A DNA stretch of 64,000 nucleotides from Syntrophomonadaceae bacterium (lineage in GTDB: Bacteria > Bacillota > Syntrophomonadia > Syntrophomonadales > Syntrophomonadaceae), in assembly GCA_012518685.1 (NCBI GenBank), contig JAAYRQ010000032.1, forward strand, positions 446-64,445. Reading direction: 5' to 3'. The translations under genes were made by a program, and so were the position numbers. Under the pieces are notes generated by a model. The model saw nothing but the letters and a program-made list of their open reading frames with translations, did no database searches and was not told where the DNA came from. Shown here piece by piece: positions 47,844-56,820 of this stretch (its first letter is position 1; each line of letters opens with the position of its first letter).

Positions 47844-49082
47844 ATGATAATTAATCACAACTTAATGGCCATGAATACCCATAGACAACTAAGCTTGAAT
47901 AATGCAGCAGGTGCAAAATCCACCGAAAAATTATCTTCTGGTTTCAGAATTAACCGGGCAGGAGATGACGCAGCAGGTCTAGCTATCTCGGAAAAAATGA
48001 GAGGGCAAATTAGGGGACTTAATCAAGCTTCTAGGAACTCCCAAGATGGTATTTCTTTAATCCAAACTGCTGAAGGTGCACTTAATGAAACTCATGCCAT
48101 TTTGCAAAGGATGAGAGAATTAGCTGTTCAATCTGCGACTGATACTAATACCTCAGCTGATAGGGTTAATATCCAAGATGAAATTAATCAATTAACCAAA
48201 GAAATTACTAGGATTGCTGATACAACTGAATTCAACACCATGAAGCTTTTAGATGGCTCAAAAGGTGGCGGAGTAGCTACTGGGGTAGCAAATGTACAAA
48301 CAAATGCTGCATTGACTGCTTCAGGTGGTGCTGCCATTGCAGCAAGCACGACATTGCTAAAGCTCTTTGATACAGCAGGAAATAACTTAGGTATTGTAGC
48401 TGGAGATAAAATTACTATATCCTTTGTGAAAAATGGAGAACTTAACGAGAAAGTAGTTACAGTTGCTGCTGATACAGCATTATCTGCCTTAACTGCTACA
48501 GGTTCTTTTGCGACATCAGCAACCACTGGTGGAAGTCTAGTTTTTACTGCTAGTGGAGCCGGATTTGAAGGAGCGGTTCATGGAGTTACTATTAAGGTAG
48601 AGAGTGCAGATGGTGAAGTAAAAACTGCAGCAACTAATGCCCTATCAGCCTTTAAGGAGACTGTAGCTGCCCAAAATAAGAGACAGGACGGTACAGCTAC
48701 CTTGCAAATAGGGGCTAACGAGGGACAAGAAGTAAAACTGGCTATAGAAAATATCACAGCCAAAGCACTAGGGGTGGAAAACCTTCAAGTTGGTCAGCGT
48801 ACACAAGCTAGTGTAGCTATTAATGTTATTGACGGTGCTATAGTTAAGGTTTCGGCCGAAAGATCCAAATTAGGGGCTATGCAAAATCGGCTAGAACATA
48901 CTATCAAGAACTTAGACACTTCTTCAGAAAACTTACAAGCTGCAGAAGCTCGGATTAGAGACCTAGACATTGCTAAGGAAATGATGGAGTTTACTAAGAA
49001 TAGTATTCTTCAACAAGCTGCAACTGCAATGTTGGCACAAGCCAACCAAGTGCCACAATCAGTATTACAACTATTAAGATAA
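47844..49082 (+). CDS. hag: Flagellin
   Basis: N-terminus MIINHNLMAMNTHRQL and C-terminus QAATAMLAQANQVPQSVLQLLR, with a central Ala/Thr/Ser/Gly-rich variable domain. The ATG at 47844 is preferred over the track GTG at 47811. Confidence 0.96.
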   Translation: MIINHNLMAMNTHRQLSLNNAAGAKSTEKLSSGFRINRAGDDAAGLAISEKMRGQIRGLNQASRNSQDGISLIQTAEGALNETHAILQRMRELAVQSATDTNTSADRVNIQDEINQLTKEITRIADTTEFNTMKLLDGSKGGGVATGVANVQTNAALTASGGAAIAASTTLLKLFDTAGNNLGIVAGDKITISFVKNGELNEKVVTVAADTALSALTATGSFATSATTGGSLVFTASGAGFEGAVHGVTIKVESADGEVKTAATNALSAFKETVAAQNKRQDGTATLQIGANEGQEVKLAIENITAKALGVENLQVGQRTQASVAINVIDGAIVKVSAERSKLGAMQNRLEHTIKNLDTSSENLQAAEARIRDLDIAKEMMEFTKNSILQQAATAMLAQANQVPQSVLQLLR

Positions 49083-49102
49083 TTTATTAAATCGACCTTA
49101 AA

Positions 49103-49137
49103 AATAGCGAGGGCAAATGCTCTCGCTATTTGTTTTT
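49103..49137 (+). terminator. Rho-independent terminator after flagellin
   Basis: AATAGCGAG / CTCGCTATT stem followed by TGTTTTT. Confidence 0.8.
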
Positions 49138-49145
49138 AAAGCCTT

Positions 49146-49172
49146 TTAAGTTTTATCCCCATTTTACGATAA
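49146..49172 (+). promoter_or_regulatory. Sigma-D-type promoter candidate for the glycosylation operon
   Basis: TTAA-N15-TACGATAA has the same layout as the flagellin promoter candidate. Confidence 0.45.
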
Positions 49173-49210
49173 ATATTATAAGACTTTTATTTTGCAGGGG
49201 GTTTTTTTAA

Positions 49211-49813
49211 GTGAAATTAATTCTGGATGCGGAAATTAAGGAATTTGACAATAATAAGGCTGGTATTGATAAGCTACTATCACTTATAGAGGAAAAAGTC
49301 TTTTCTTATCCAAATAAACTTTTTAGCCATCTACTTATAGATGGCATTGAAGTCTATGAAGGTTTTTCAGAGTATCTAGAAGATAACATTAAAAATGTTG
49401 GGGAAATACAGATGGTGTTTTTCACGATTAAAGAATATATTGCAGGAATATTGACTTCCACTAGTGAATACTTAACTAGGGCTATACCTGCCCTAGAGGA
49501 GTTAGCGAATAGCTTTTATAAGGAACCAGATACCACTAGCTGGCAACAAGTAGATAATCTGCTTGAAGGGATTAGCTGGTTAAACGAAACTTATAACACC
49601 ATCGATAATATACCTAATTTAGCTAATGTTTTTACAGAATATGAAAAATGGAATATATATTCTAAAAGCCTTAGGGAATTACAGGAGGTAATGCGGAACT
49701 TAGAAGAACCTATGGAATCTGGCGATTATGTTACGGTTGCCGATATAATCTTATATGAAATTAAAAGAGTATTGGAAAATATAAGGATTAATATACCTGT
49801 AGTTGAATTGTAA
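49211..49813 (+). CDS. Hypothetical protein, first gene of the flagellin glycosylation operon
   Basis: 200-aa acidic, helical ORF with GTG start, no TM segment and no motif I can recognise. It is tightly followed by maf. Confidence 0.6.
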   Translation: MKLILDAEIKEFDNNKAGIDKLLSLIEEKVFSYPNKLFSHLLIDGIEVYEGFSEYLEDNIKNVGEIQMVFFTIKEYIAGILTSTSEYLTRAIPALEELANSFYKEPDTTSWQQVDNLLEGISWLNETYNTIDNIPNLANVFTEYEKWNIYSKSLRELQEVMRNLEEPMESGDYVTVADIILYEIKRVLENIRINIPVVEL

Positions 49814-49824
49814 GGAGTATTAAT

Positions 49825-51684
49825 ATGATATTAGTGGATAATATAGTATTCATGAAGGACAACTTTCCGTCTATATGGGAAACATATCGGGATAGGGAGG
49901 ATATGCTAAATGCCGATTTGGTAACTGTAGAATCTTCCAAAGTAAAGGGCTATCCGTCTTTAGCTATTAATAAGGATGAAAAGACTTATTATATTCATAG
50001 TCGCTATAATCCCGAGCGAGAGGTTGCTACTATTATAGATAACTTTAATGGGGAAGAATATGAGCATGTCATATTTTATGGAATAGGATTAGGTTATCAT
50101 ATAGAAGCATTTTTGGAAAGATATCCACATCTAACCTTTTCCTTTTATGAACCTATCCCTGAAGTTTTTAGGGCTTATTTATCAAATTCTAAATTAAAAG
50201 ATTTACCTGTACAAGGGCTTAATGAAATAGTTGTAGAAAATTCCCCTATAGATGCAAATAATTTTTTAAATAAAATAGTAAAAAAATATAAGAAAATATT
50301 GTATTTTGATTTACCTAGTTATAAAAGTATATTCCCCAATAAACATAGCCGATTTGCCAAGTTATTTACGGAAATTGCCAGAGGACAGCTTAGTTCACTC
50401 GCCACCAATCTTACATTTGAAAAAAGGTGGATAATTAATTGCTTATTAAATTTTAGAGAGCTATTGGATACGCCTAATATAATTATGGAGAAGGCAGGGC
50501 AATTCAAGAATCTTCCCGCTATTATAGTCGCGGCAGGGCCGTCATTGGACTATGAAATAGAAAACCTAAAGCAGATTAAGGAAAATGGTCTGGCTTATAT
50601 ATTCTCCGTGGGCTCAGCTGTTAATTCCTTAATAGATGCAGGGATTTATCCCGATGCTCAGTGTGCTATTGACCCAGGGGAAGCCAATCAACAGTATGTG
50701 TTTGCACGAATAACTGAAGAAAGGATAGTGGACATTCCCTTAATATTTGGCAGTAGTATAGGGCATGAAGTTTTAGCTAATTATCCAGGGCAAAATAAGT
50801 TACATATGATTACTAGCCAAGATACCATATCATCTTATTTGTTAAAAGTAAATGATGGCAGGAAACTTGACGGGGTAATGGATGCACCTTCTGTAGCGGT
50901 AGTAACTTTGCAAATGCTTTATATACTAGGATTTAATCCTATAATACTAGTAGGGCAGAACCTAGCTTATAAAGATAATCGTCATTATGCAGATGGTATT
51001 GAATATGCCGATAGTATGCGGATTGATTCAAGTAAAACTGAAAGTTTAATGAGAATAAGGGATGTAGAAGGCAATGAAGTATATGCTAGTATTCCTTTTG
51101 AACGGATGCGTTTGGTCATGGAAGAATACATCAAATTAATGCCTGATACTCAAGTAATTAATACCACCCGTGGGGGGGCTCATATCGAAGGGACGGAATT
51201 TAGACATTTAGAAGAATTAATTCATACAAAAGTGTTAGGAAATACGATAGTAGATAAAGAATGGTATAAGTTGTCACCTACTGAATATGACTTAGAATAT
51301 ATTAATAAGCAATTTAAAAAGTTATATAAGGATTATCAAGTATTGGCAGAGGCTTTACTAAGTGTATTAGAAGTTTTGAATGAAATAAGTGCTTTAAAAG
51401 AAGCTAAAAATATAAAACAGCTGGATAAGTCTTGGGGAAAACTAGATAAGGCTTTTAAAAAGGTACAGAATAATCGTTTTTTTGATAAGGCAATTCGCCC
51501 CATGAACAGGGTAGCTTTTGAATTACTGCTTGCTAAGTTGCCAGATATTCGTTTTGAATCAGATTTGCTTAGAAAAGCAGAATTGATAACAGAAAGCTTT
51601 ACAGGGGTTATTTTAGCCTGTATCACTGATTTACAAATGGTGCAGGAAGAAATGGAGGAGATGGGGGAGTTACTAAATGCTTAA
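49825..51684 (+). CDS. maf: Motility-associated factor (Maf) flagellin glycosyltransferase family protein (DUF115/MptE-like core)
   Basis: Central motif AIIVAAGPSLDYEIENLK...FSVGSAVNSLIDAGIYPDAQCAIDP is typical of the Maf/DUF115 family. It lies next to flagellin and pse genes. Confidence 0.85.
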   Translation: MILVDNIVFMKDNFPSIWETYRDREDMLNADLVTVESSKVKGYPSLAINKDEKTYYIHSRYNPEREVATIIDNFNGEEYEHVIFYGIGLGYHIEAFLERYPHLTFSFYEPIPEVFRAYLSNSKLKDLPVQGLNEIVVENSPIDANNFLNKIVKKYKKILYFDLPSYKSIFPNKHSRFAKLFTEIARGQLSSLATNLTFEKRWIINCLLNFRELLDTPNIIMEKAGQFKNLPAIIVAAGPSLDYEIENLKQIKENGLAYIFSVGSAVNSLIDAGIYPDAQCAIDPGEANQQYVFARITEERIVDIPLIFGSSIGHEVLANYPGQNKLHMITSQDTISSYLLKVNDGRKLDGVMDAPSVAVVTLQMLYILGFNPIILVGQNLAYKDNRHYADGIEYADSMRIDSSKTESLMRIRDVEGNEVYASIPFERMRLVMEEYIKLMPDTQVINTTRGGAHIEGTEFRHLEELIHTKVLGNTIVDKEWYKLSPTEYDLEYINKQFKKLYKDYQVLAEALLSVLEVLNEISALKEAKNIKQLDKSWGKLDKAFKKVQNNRFFDKAIRPMNRVAFELLLAKLPDIRFESDLLRKAELITESFTGVILACITDLQMVQEEMEEMGELLNA

Positions 51685-52675
51685 CAATAAATCAATATTA
51701 ATCACGGGTGGAACTGGCTCATTTGGAAAGCATTTCACAGAAATGCTTTTAGAAAGGTATAATCCCCGAAGGATAATTATATATTCTCGGGACGAATATA
51801 AACAAGATGTAATGCAAAAAGAATTAGCACAAAAGTTTCCCGAACAAAGCTCTAAATTAAGGTTTTTCATCGGGGATGTTCGAGATAAGGACAGGCTATA
51901 TCGTGCTTTCAACGGGGTTGATTATGTAATTCATGCGGCAGCAATGAAGCAGGTGCCTGCCTGTGAATATAATCCATTTGAAGCGATAAAAACTAATATT
52001 CACGGAGCCCAAAATATTGTAGATGCTGCCTTAGACTGTGGGGTAAAAAAGGTAATTGCATTATCAACTGATAAAGCAGTTAATCCTATTAACCTTTACG
52101 GGGGTACCAAGCTAGTTTCCGATAAATTATTTATATCCGCCAATTCTTATAGTGGATTTAATGGAACTATCTTTGCAGTAGTAAGATATGGGAATGTGTC
52201 GGGGAGTAGGGGGTCAGTTATCCCGTTCTTTAGAGAACTTATCAATAAGGGTGAAAGGGAATTGCCCATCACTGATGTCAGAATGACTAGATTTTGGATG
52301 ACACTTGGTGAGGCAGTGGAATTAGTCATAAAAGCCTTAGAAGAAGCAAAAGGTGGAGAAACTTATGTATTTAAAAATCCATCTTATAAGGTAGTCGATA
52401 TTGCTGGGGCTATGAGCCCTACGGGTAAGATAAAAATTATAGGAATTAGGGAAGGCGAAAAATTACACGAAGTTATGATAACTAGTGATGATTCAAGAAA
52501 AACATACGATTATGGAGACCATTATATTATTTATCCTAACTATGTATGGTGGACAAAAGACAACTATTTTAAAGAGGGTGGCATTTTAATAGAGGATGGC
52601 TGGGAATATAATTCAGGTACTAATACTGAATGGCTAGATGTAGATATGCTTAAAGAGAAAATAAAGAAACTATAG
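51677..52675 (+). CDS. pseB: UDP-N-acetylglucosamine 4,6-dehydratase (inverting), PseB/FlaA1-like
   Basis: Motifs ILITGGTGSFG, AAAMKQVPACEYNP and LSTDKAVNPINLYGGTK. ATG overlaps the maf stop (ATGCTTAA). Confidence 0.9.
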   Translation: MLNNKSILITGGTGSFGKHFTEMLLERYNPRRIIIYSRDEYKQDVMQKELAQKFPEQSSKLRFFIGDVRDKDRLYRAFNGVDYVIHAAAMKQVPACEYNPFEAIKTNIHGAQNIVDAALDCGVKKVIALSTDKAVNPINLYGGTKLVSDKLFISANSYSGFNGTIFAVVRYGNVSGSRGSVIPFFRELINKGERELPITDVRMTRFWMTLGEAVELVIKALEEAKGGETYVFKNPSYKVVDIAGAMSPTGKIKIIGIREGEKLHEVMITSDDSRKTYDYGDHYIIYPNYVWWTKDNYFKEGGILIEDGWEYNSGTNTEWLDVDMLKEKIKKL

Positions 52676-52697
52676 CTTATAGTAAGGGGTATAAAAT

Positions 52698-53561
52698 ATG
52701 CAGGTGAAATTTATAGCTGAAGTATCCAGTAACCATAATCAAAATATAGAACGTTCTTTAGAATTCATAGATAAGGCGGCGGAAATAGGCTGCAGTGCGG
52801 TGAAGTTTCAGCTCTTTAAAATCGAGGAGCTTTTTGCACCGGAAATACTAGAGAAGAGTAAGGAACATCGCGAAAGAAAAAAGTGGGAGCTACCGGTCGA
52901 ATTTCTTCCAATCCTCAGTGAACGCTGCAAGGAAAGTTCGATTATGTTTTCCTGTACCCCTTTCTATTTAAAGGCTGTGGAGGAATTATATCCTTATGTA
53001 GATTTTTATAAAATTGCTTCATACGAACTGCTATGGGATGACTTATTAAAAGAATGTGCCTATACCAAAAAACCTATGGTCCTTTCTACGGGGATGGCAA
53101 CCATAGAAGAAGTAGCTAAGGCAGTAGAGGTAATAAAAAAAGCCGGCTGTACCGATTTAACCTTACTGCATTGTGTTTCCGGTTATCCTACACCCCTGGA
53201 AGAATGTAATCTCCAGGCAATTCAAACCCTTAGGGAAAACTTTCAATGCGAGGTAGGCTGGTCAGATCACTCCATACTGCCGGCAGTTATATATCGGGCG
53301 ATTAGCGCCTGGCAGGCTAGGATGATAGAATTCCATCTAGACTTAGACCGGCAGGGGGCCGAATATGCCGCAGGGCACTGTTGGCTACCTGAAGAAATAC
53401 AAGCAGTCATACAGACGGTTAGGGATTTTTATAGTGCAGATGGGGATGGAGTAAAGCTACCTGTTCCTAGTGAATTAGCCGACAGGGAATGGAGAGCTGA
53501 CCCCACTGATGGTCTTAGACCCCTTTTGAGTATGCGCCGGAAATGGAAGGGGGAGAAATAA
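52698..53561 (+). CDS. NeuB/PseI/SpsE-like sugar-phosphoenolpyruvate condensing enzyme lacking a SAF domain
   Basis: TIM-barrel NeuB-like N-terminus (FIAEVSSNHNQ..., AVKFQLFK, KIASYE, LLHCVSGYPTP). At 287 aa it ends before the C-terminal SAF/antifreeze-like domain. Confidence 0.7.
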   Translation: MQVKFIAEVSSNHNQNIERSLEFIDKAAEIGCSAVKFQLFKIEELFAPEILEKSKEHRERKKWELPVEFLPILSERCKESSIMFSCTPFYLKAVEELYPYVDFYKIASYELLWDDLLKECAYTKKPMVLSTGMATIEEVAKAVEVIKKAGCTDLTLLHCVSGYPTPLEECNLQAIQTLRENFQCEVGWSDHSILPAVIYRAISAWQARMIEFHLDLDRQGAEYAAGHCWLPEEIQAVIQTVRDFYSADGDGVKLPVPSELADREWRADPTDGLRPLLSMRRKWKGEK

Positions 53562-54331
53562 TGTCAACTGTCGCAATAATTCAGGCCCGTATGAGTTCCA
53601 GCCGTTTGCCGGGCAAGGTGCTTAATAATATAGTAGGCAAACCCATGTTAGCCCACATTGTAGAAAGATTAGCCAGGGTAGCATTAATTAATGAGATTGT
53701 CGTAGCTACTTCTAATGAAATTTCAGATCAACCGATTTATGATTTTTGTCAGCAAAATAATATTAATTGTTACCGAGGCAGTTTGAATGATGTATTAGAT
53801 AGGTTTTATAAAACAGCTATGGAGTATGAAGCCGGAAGAATTATAAGGATTACCGGAGATTGTCCCTGTGTTGATCCTGAACTTGTTACGCAGTTAATTA
53901 ACCTCTCTATCGAAAAACAATATGATCATGTGGGTATCGCAACCGGGGCGGGAGCAATATTTGATGAGGCGCGTTTCCCTAATGGGCTGGATGCTGAATC
54001 TTTTAATATGCAGTCCCTAGAAAGAGCCTGGAAGGAAGCCAAGAAAACTACAGACCGTGAACATGTAACCCCCTATATTTGGCGCAATAAAGATATTTTC
54101 AAATGTGGCAGCCTAAAGCCGGATAAAGATTATTCATATATCAGGTTAAGTGTTGATCATGGAGAAGATTTCGAACTGATAACTAAGATTTTTGAAGAAT
54201 TGTACAACCCCCAAAAGCCTTTTTTAATGAATGACATTATAGAATTTTTATATCAAAATCCGGAACTACTTAAGTTAAACCAGGATTTTATAGGTAAAGA
54301 AGGTTATCGGAACTTATGGAAAGATAAATAA
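53561..54331 (+). CDS. Cytidylyltransferase (SpsF/PseF-like, CTP_transf_3 type)
   Basis: N-terminus AIIQARMSSSRLPGKVL, plus RITGDCP. ATG overlaps the upstream stop (TAATG). Confidence 0.8.
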   Translation: MSTVAIIQARMSSSRLPGKVLNNIVGKPMLAHIVERLARVALINEIVVATSNEISDQPIYDFCQQNNINCYRGSLNDVLDRFYKTAMEYEAGRIIRITGDCPCVDPELVTQLINLSIEKQYDHVGIATGAGAIFDEARFPNGLDAESFNMQSLERAWKEAKKTTDREHVTPYIWRNKDIFKCGSLKPDKDYSYIRLSVDHGEDFELITKIFEELYNPQKPFLMNDIIEFLYQNPELLKLNQDFIGKEGYRNLWKDK

Positions 54332-54362
54332 ATTTTAGAAGACATATTAGGATGGATTATAA

Positions 54363-55400
54363 ATGGTGAAAAAAAGGATTTCGCTACTATTTCGTTGCGA
54401 TGGTGACGAAAAAATCGGATTAGGACATGTGGTACGTTGCTTAGCCTTAGCTGAGGAATTAAGCATTGAACATAATTGTCAGGTGACCTTTGCTGTTTGT
54501 AGTGGTAAAGCTGGAATAGAGATGGTAAAAAAACATGGACATTCATTGCTTACTATAGAAAGTGACATAGAAAACATTAGCGAAGAAGATTTCCTTGAAA
54601 TGGCAGTAGAAAAAACCGCTTGTGATGTCATTATAATGGACTTTCGTAAGGAAATTTCTTTGGACTTCCTGCTATCACTTAAAAAACAGGGAATTTTACT
54701 AGTTGATATAGATGATCCTGATGATAAAAGGCTAGTGGCTGATTTAGCCTTTTATCCACCAGTGCCGCAGGTTAAAAAAATGGATTGGTCAGGCTTTCAG
54801 GGACAACTTTTTAGTGGCTGGGAATGGGTTATCTTGCGTAAAGAGTTCACTGGTGCAGCTAAGCAGCAGCGGATTCCTAATGATAGATTACAGATACTTG
54901 TAACTATGGGGGGCAGCGATCCAGCAGGTTATACTCTAAAAACCATGGAGGCTTTAGAATTGCTGGAAGAAGAATTTGATACTACTGTAGTACTGGGTAA
55001 AGCCTTTTCCGGGAGAAAAGAATTACAAAACTTCCTGACTAGTGCAAAACGTGAATTTACAATACTAAATAATGTAGAAAATATGGCTGAAGTAATGGCT
55101 AGTGCCGATTTAGCAATTGCCACTTTTGGTGTTACTGCTTATGAACTAGCTTACATGGGAATCCCTGCACTATATATATGTTTAACTGATGACCATGCAG
55201 AGTCATGCCAAGTGTTCGTGGAGGCAGGGTTGGGGATTAAAGTGGAAAATATAAATAGTATTTATAATACAGATATAATGAGACAATTAATTTCTCAGAA
55301 AGGCAAAAAAGATGTAATGGATTTTAGCCCTGCAAAAAGAAATGATAATAATGGGGTAAAAAGTCTTGCAGCAAAAATAAAAGACCAGTTTAAACTTTAA
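54363..55400 (+). CDS. pseG: PseG/SpsG-like UDP-sugar hydrolase (GT-B fold)
   Basis: N-terminus FRCDGDEKIGLGHVVRCLALAEEL is the typical PseG signature. C-terminal half has GGSDP... Confidence 0.75.
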   Translation: MVKKRISLLFRCDGDEKIGLGHVVRCLALAEELSIEHNCQVTFAVCSGKAGIEMVKKHGHSLLTIESDIENISEEDFLEMAVEKTACDVIIMDFRKEISLDFLLSLKKQGILLVDIDDPDDKRLVADLAFYPPVPQVKKMDWSGFQGQLFSGWEWVILRKEFTGAAKQQRIPNDRLQILVTMGGSDPAGYTLKTMEALELLEEEFDTTVVLGKAFSGRKELQNFLTSAKREFTILNNVENMAEVMASADLAIATFGVTAYELAYMGIPALYICLTDDHAESCQVFVEAGLGIKVENINSIYNTDIMRQLISQKGKKDVMDFSPAKRNDNNGVKSLAAKIKDQFKL

Positions 55401-55530
55401 CTTATCAGCTAATCTTGCATACTAAAAGATTGCTTTTTAGTGTTTGATCATACTAAATAAATTGCTGATTATAATTGCAAAAAAGAAATTAAAGCATTTG
55501 ATGTGGATTTTAAAATTGGGAGGTGACTTT

Positions 55531-56778
55531 TTGAATAATAGAATCGCTTGGCGTAAAATGGAAAAAAAAGGTGGGGCCGTTTATGGTCATCCTGCCTTTA
55601 CCTATTATCGGGCCTGCCCAATATGCAATAATATTGATTCCAGACCTGTATGGGGATTAAAGCAATTTCAATTTTTTATAGATAATGCCTCGTTGAGCAA
55701 GCAAATTGATATTAATGTACATCAATGCAATGATTGTTATGCATTATACATGAATCCCAACTACACCCAACTCGGTTTTGAGCACCTTTTTTCTCTAGCC
55801 AGTTGTTCTTACGGTTCATTTGATTTCGATTTTAGGGTAAATGAGGAAATCGAATGGCTGAAACAGCGTGATTTATTAAAGCCTAACATACATGTATTGG
55901 ATGTTGGTTGCTATAAAGGTGATTTTTTAAATTATTTGCCAGGGTATACTCGTTGTACGGGTGTTGATATTGATAAAACAGCTATTGATATGGCACAAAG
56001 TAGATATGGATCATCGCGAATGAATTTTATTTGCGCTGATTTTGAATCCTTTCAACTAACTGATTTTCCCGATCTTATCACAATGTTTCACGTGTTGGAG
56101 CACTTGCCTAATCCCTTAAATGTATTAACTAAATTAAGAGAATTAGCCGATAAGAATACCCAATTAGTCATAGAAGTACCAATTATTGAAAACGGGTTTA
56201 CAAATGATATAAATGGCTTCTTTTCGGTACAGCATATGACTCACTTCAGCCGTAATAGCTTGAGGAATATAACTCAAATTGCAGGTTGGCGAATAGAAGA
56301 AATGTTTGAACAAAAAGATTACAATGGATGTAGGGTAGTATGTAAGCCCGATATCCAAAATTGCGATATTACAAGAAATATTAATGAAATATCTCTATGT
56401 TATCAATATTTATCTCATTGGTACCAAAATATTGTAAACATTGAAAATGTACTAAAAGGACATCTGGATAATAATCAATGGGTAATATGGGGAGCTGGTT
56501 TACATACAGAATTTATTTTCCAGGTTTCCTCATTTTTCCTTGGGGCGGGCAATGAGCGTGAATATATTATTATAGATAACGATAAAGGGAAACAGGGAAA
56601 AAGCTGGCGATCTATAAATATTTATAGTCCTGATGCTCTTCGAGGGATTGAATTAGATAAAGTAAAATTCTTAATATCAAGCTATGGAAGCCAAACAAGT
56701 ATTGAAGATTACTTATTACAAGAAGGGGTGCCTCAAGAAAATATAGTAAAGTTATATGAACAATTAAGGGTATATTGA
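55531..56778 (+). CDS. Class I SAM-dependent methyltransferase with N-terminal zinc ribbon and C-methyltransferase-type C-terminal domain
   Basis: CPICN...CNDCYALYMNP, SAM motif I VLDVGCYKGDF and a C-terminal Rossmann-like WVIWGAGLHT...IIIDNDKGKQGKSW...INIYSP. TTG 55531 lies 5 nt after GGGAGGTG. The start is uncertain. Confidence 0.72.
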   Translation: MNNRIAWRKMEKKGGAVYGHPAFTYYRACPICNNIDSRPVWGLKQFQFFIDNASLSKQIDINVHQCNDCYALYMNPNYTQLGFEHLFSLASCSYGSFDFDFRVNEEIEWLKQRDLLKPNIHVLDVGCYKGDFLNYLPGYTRCTGVDIDKTAIDMAQSRYGSSRMNFICADFESFQLTDFPDLITMFHVLEHLPNPLNVLTKLRELADKNTQLVIEVPIIENGFTNDINGFFSVQHMTHFSRNSLRNITQIAGWRIEEMFEQKDYNGCRVVCKPDIQNCDITRNINEISLCYQYLSHWYQNIVNIENVLKGHLDNNQWVIWGAGLHTEFIFQVSSFFLGAGNEREYIIIDNDKGKQGKSWRSINIYSPDALRGIELDKVKFLISSYGSQTSIEDYLLQEGVPQENIVKLYEQLRVY

Positions 56779-56820
56779 TTAATAAACAAAAAGGATACAA
56801 GTGAAATAACGGAGGCGGTT

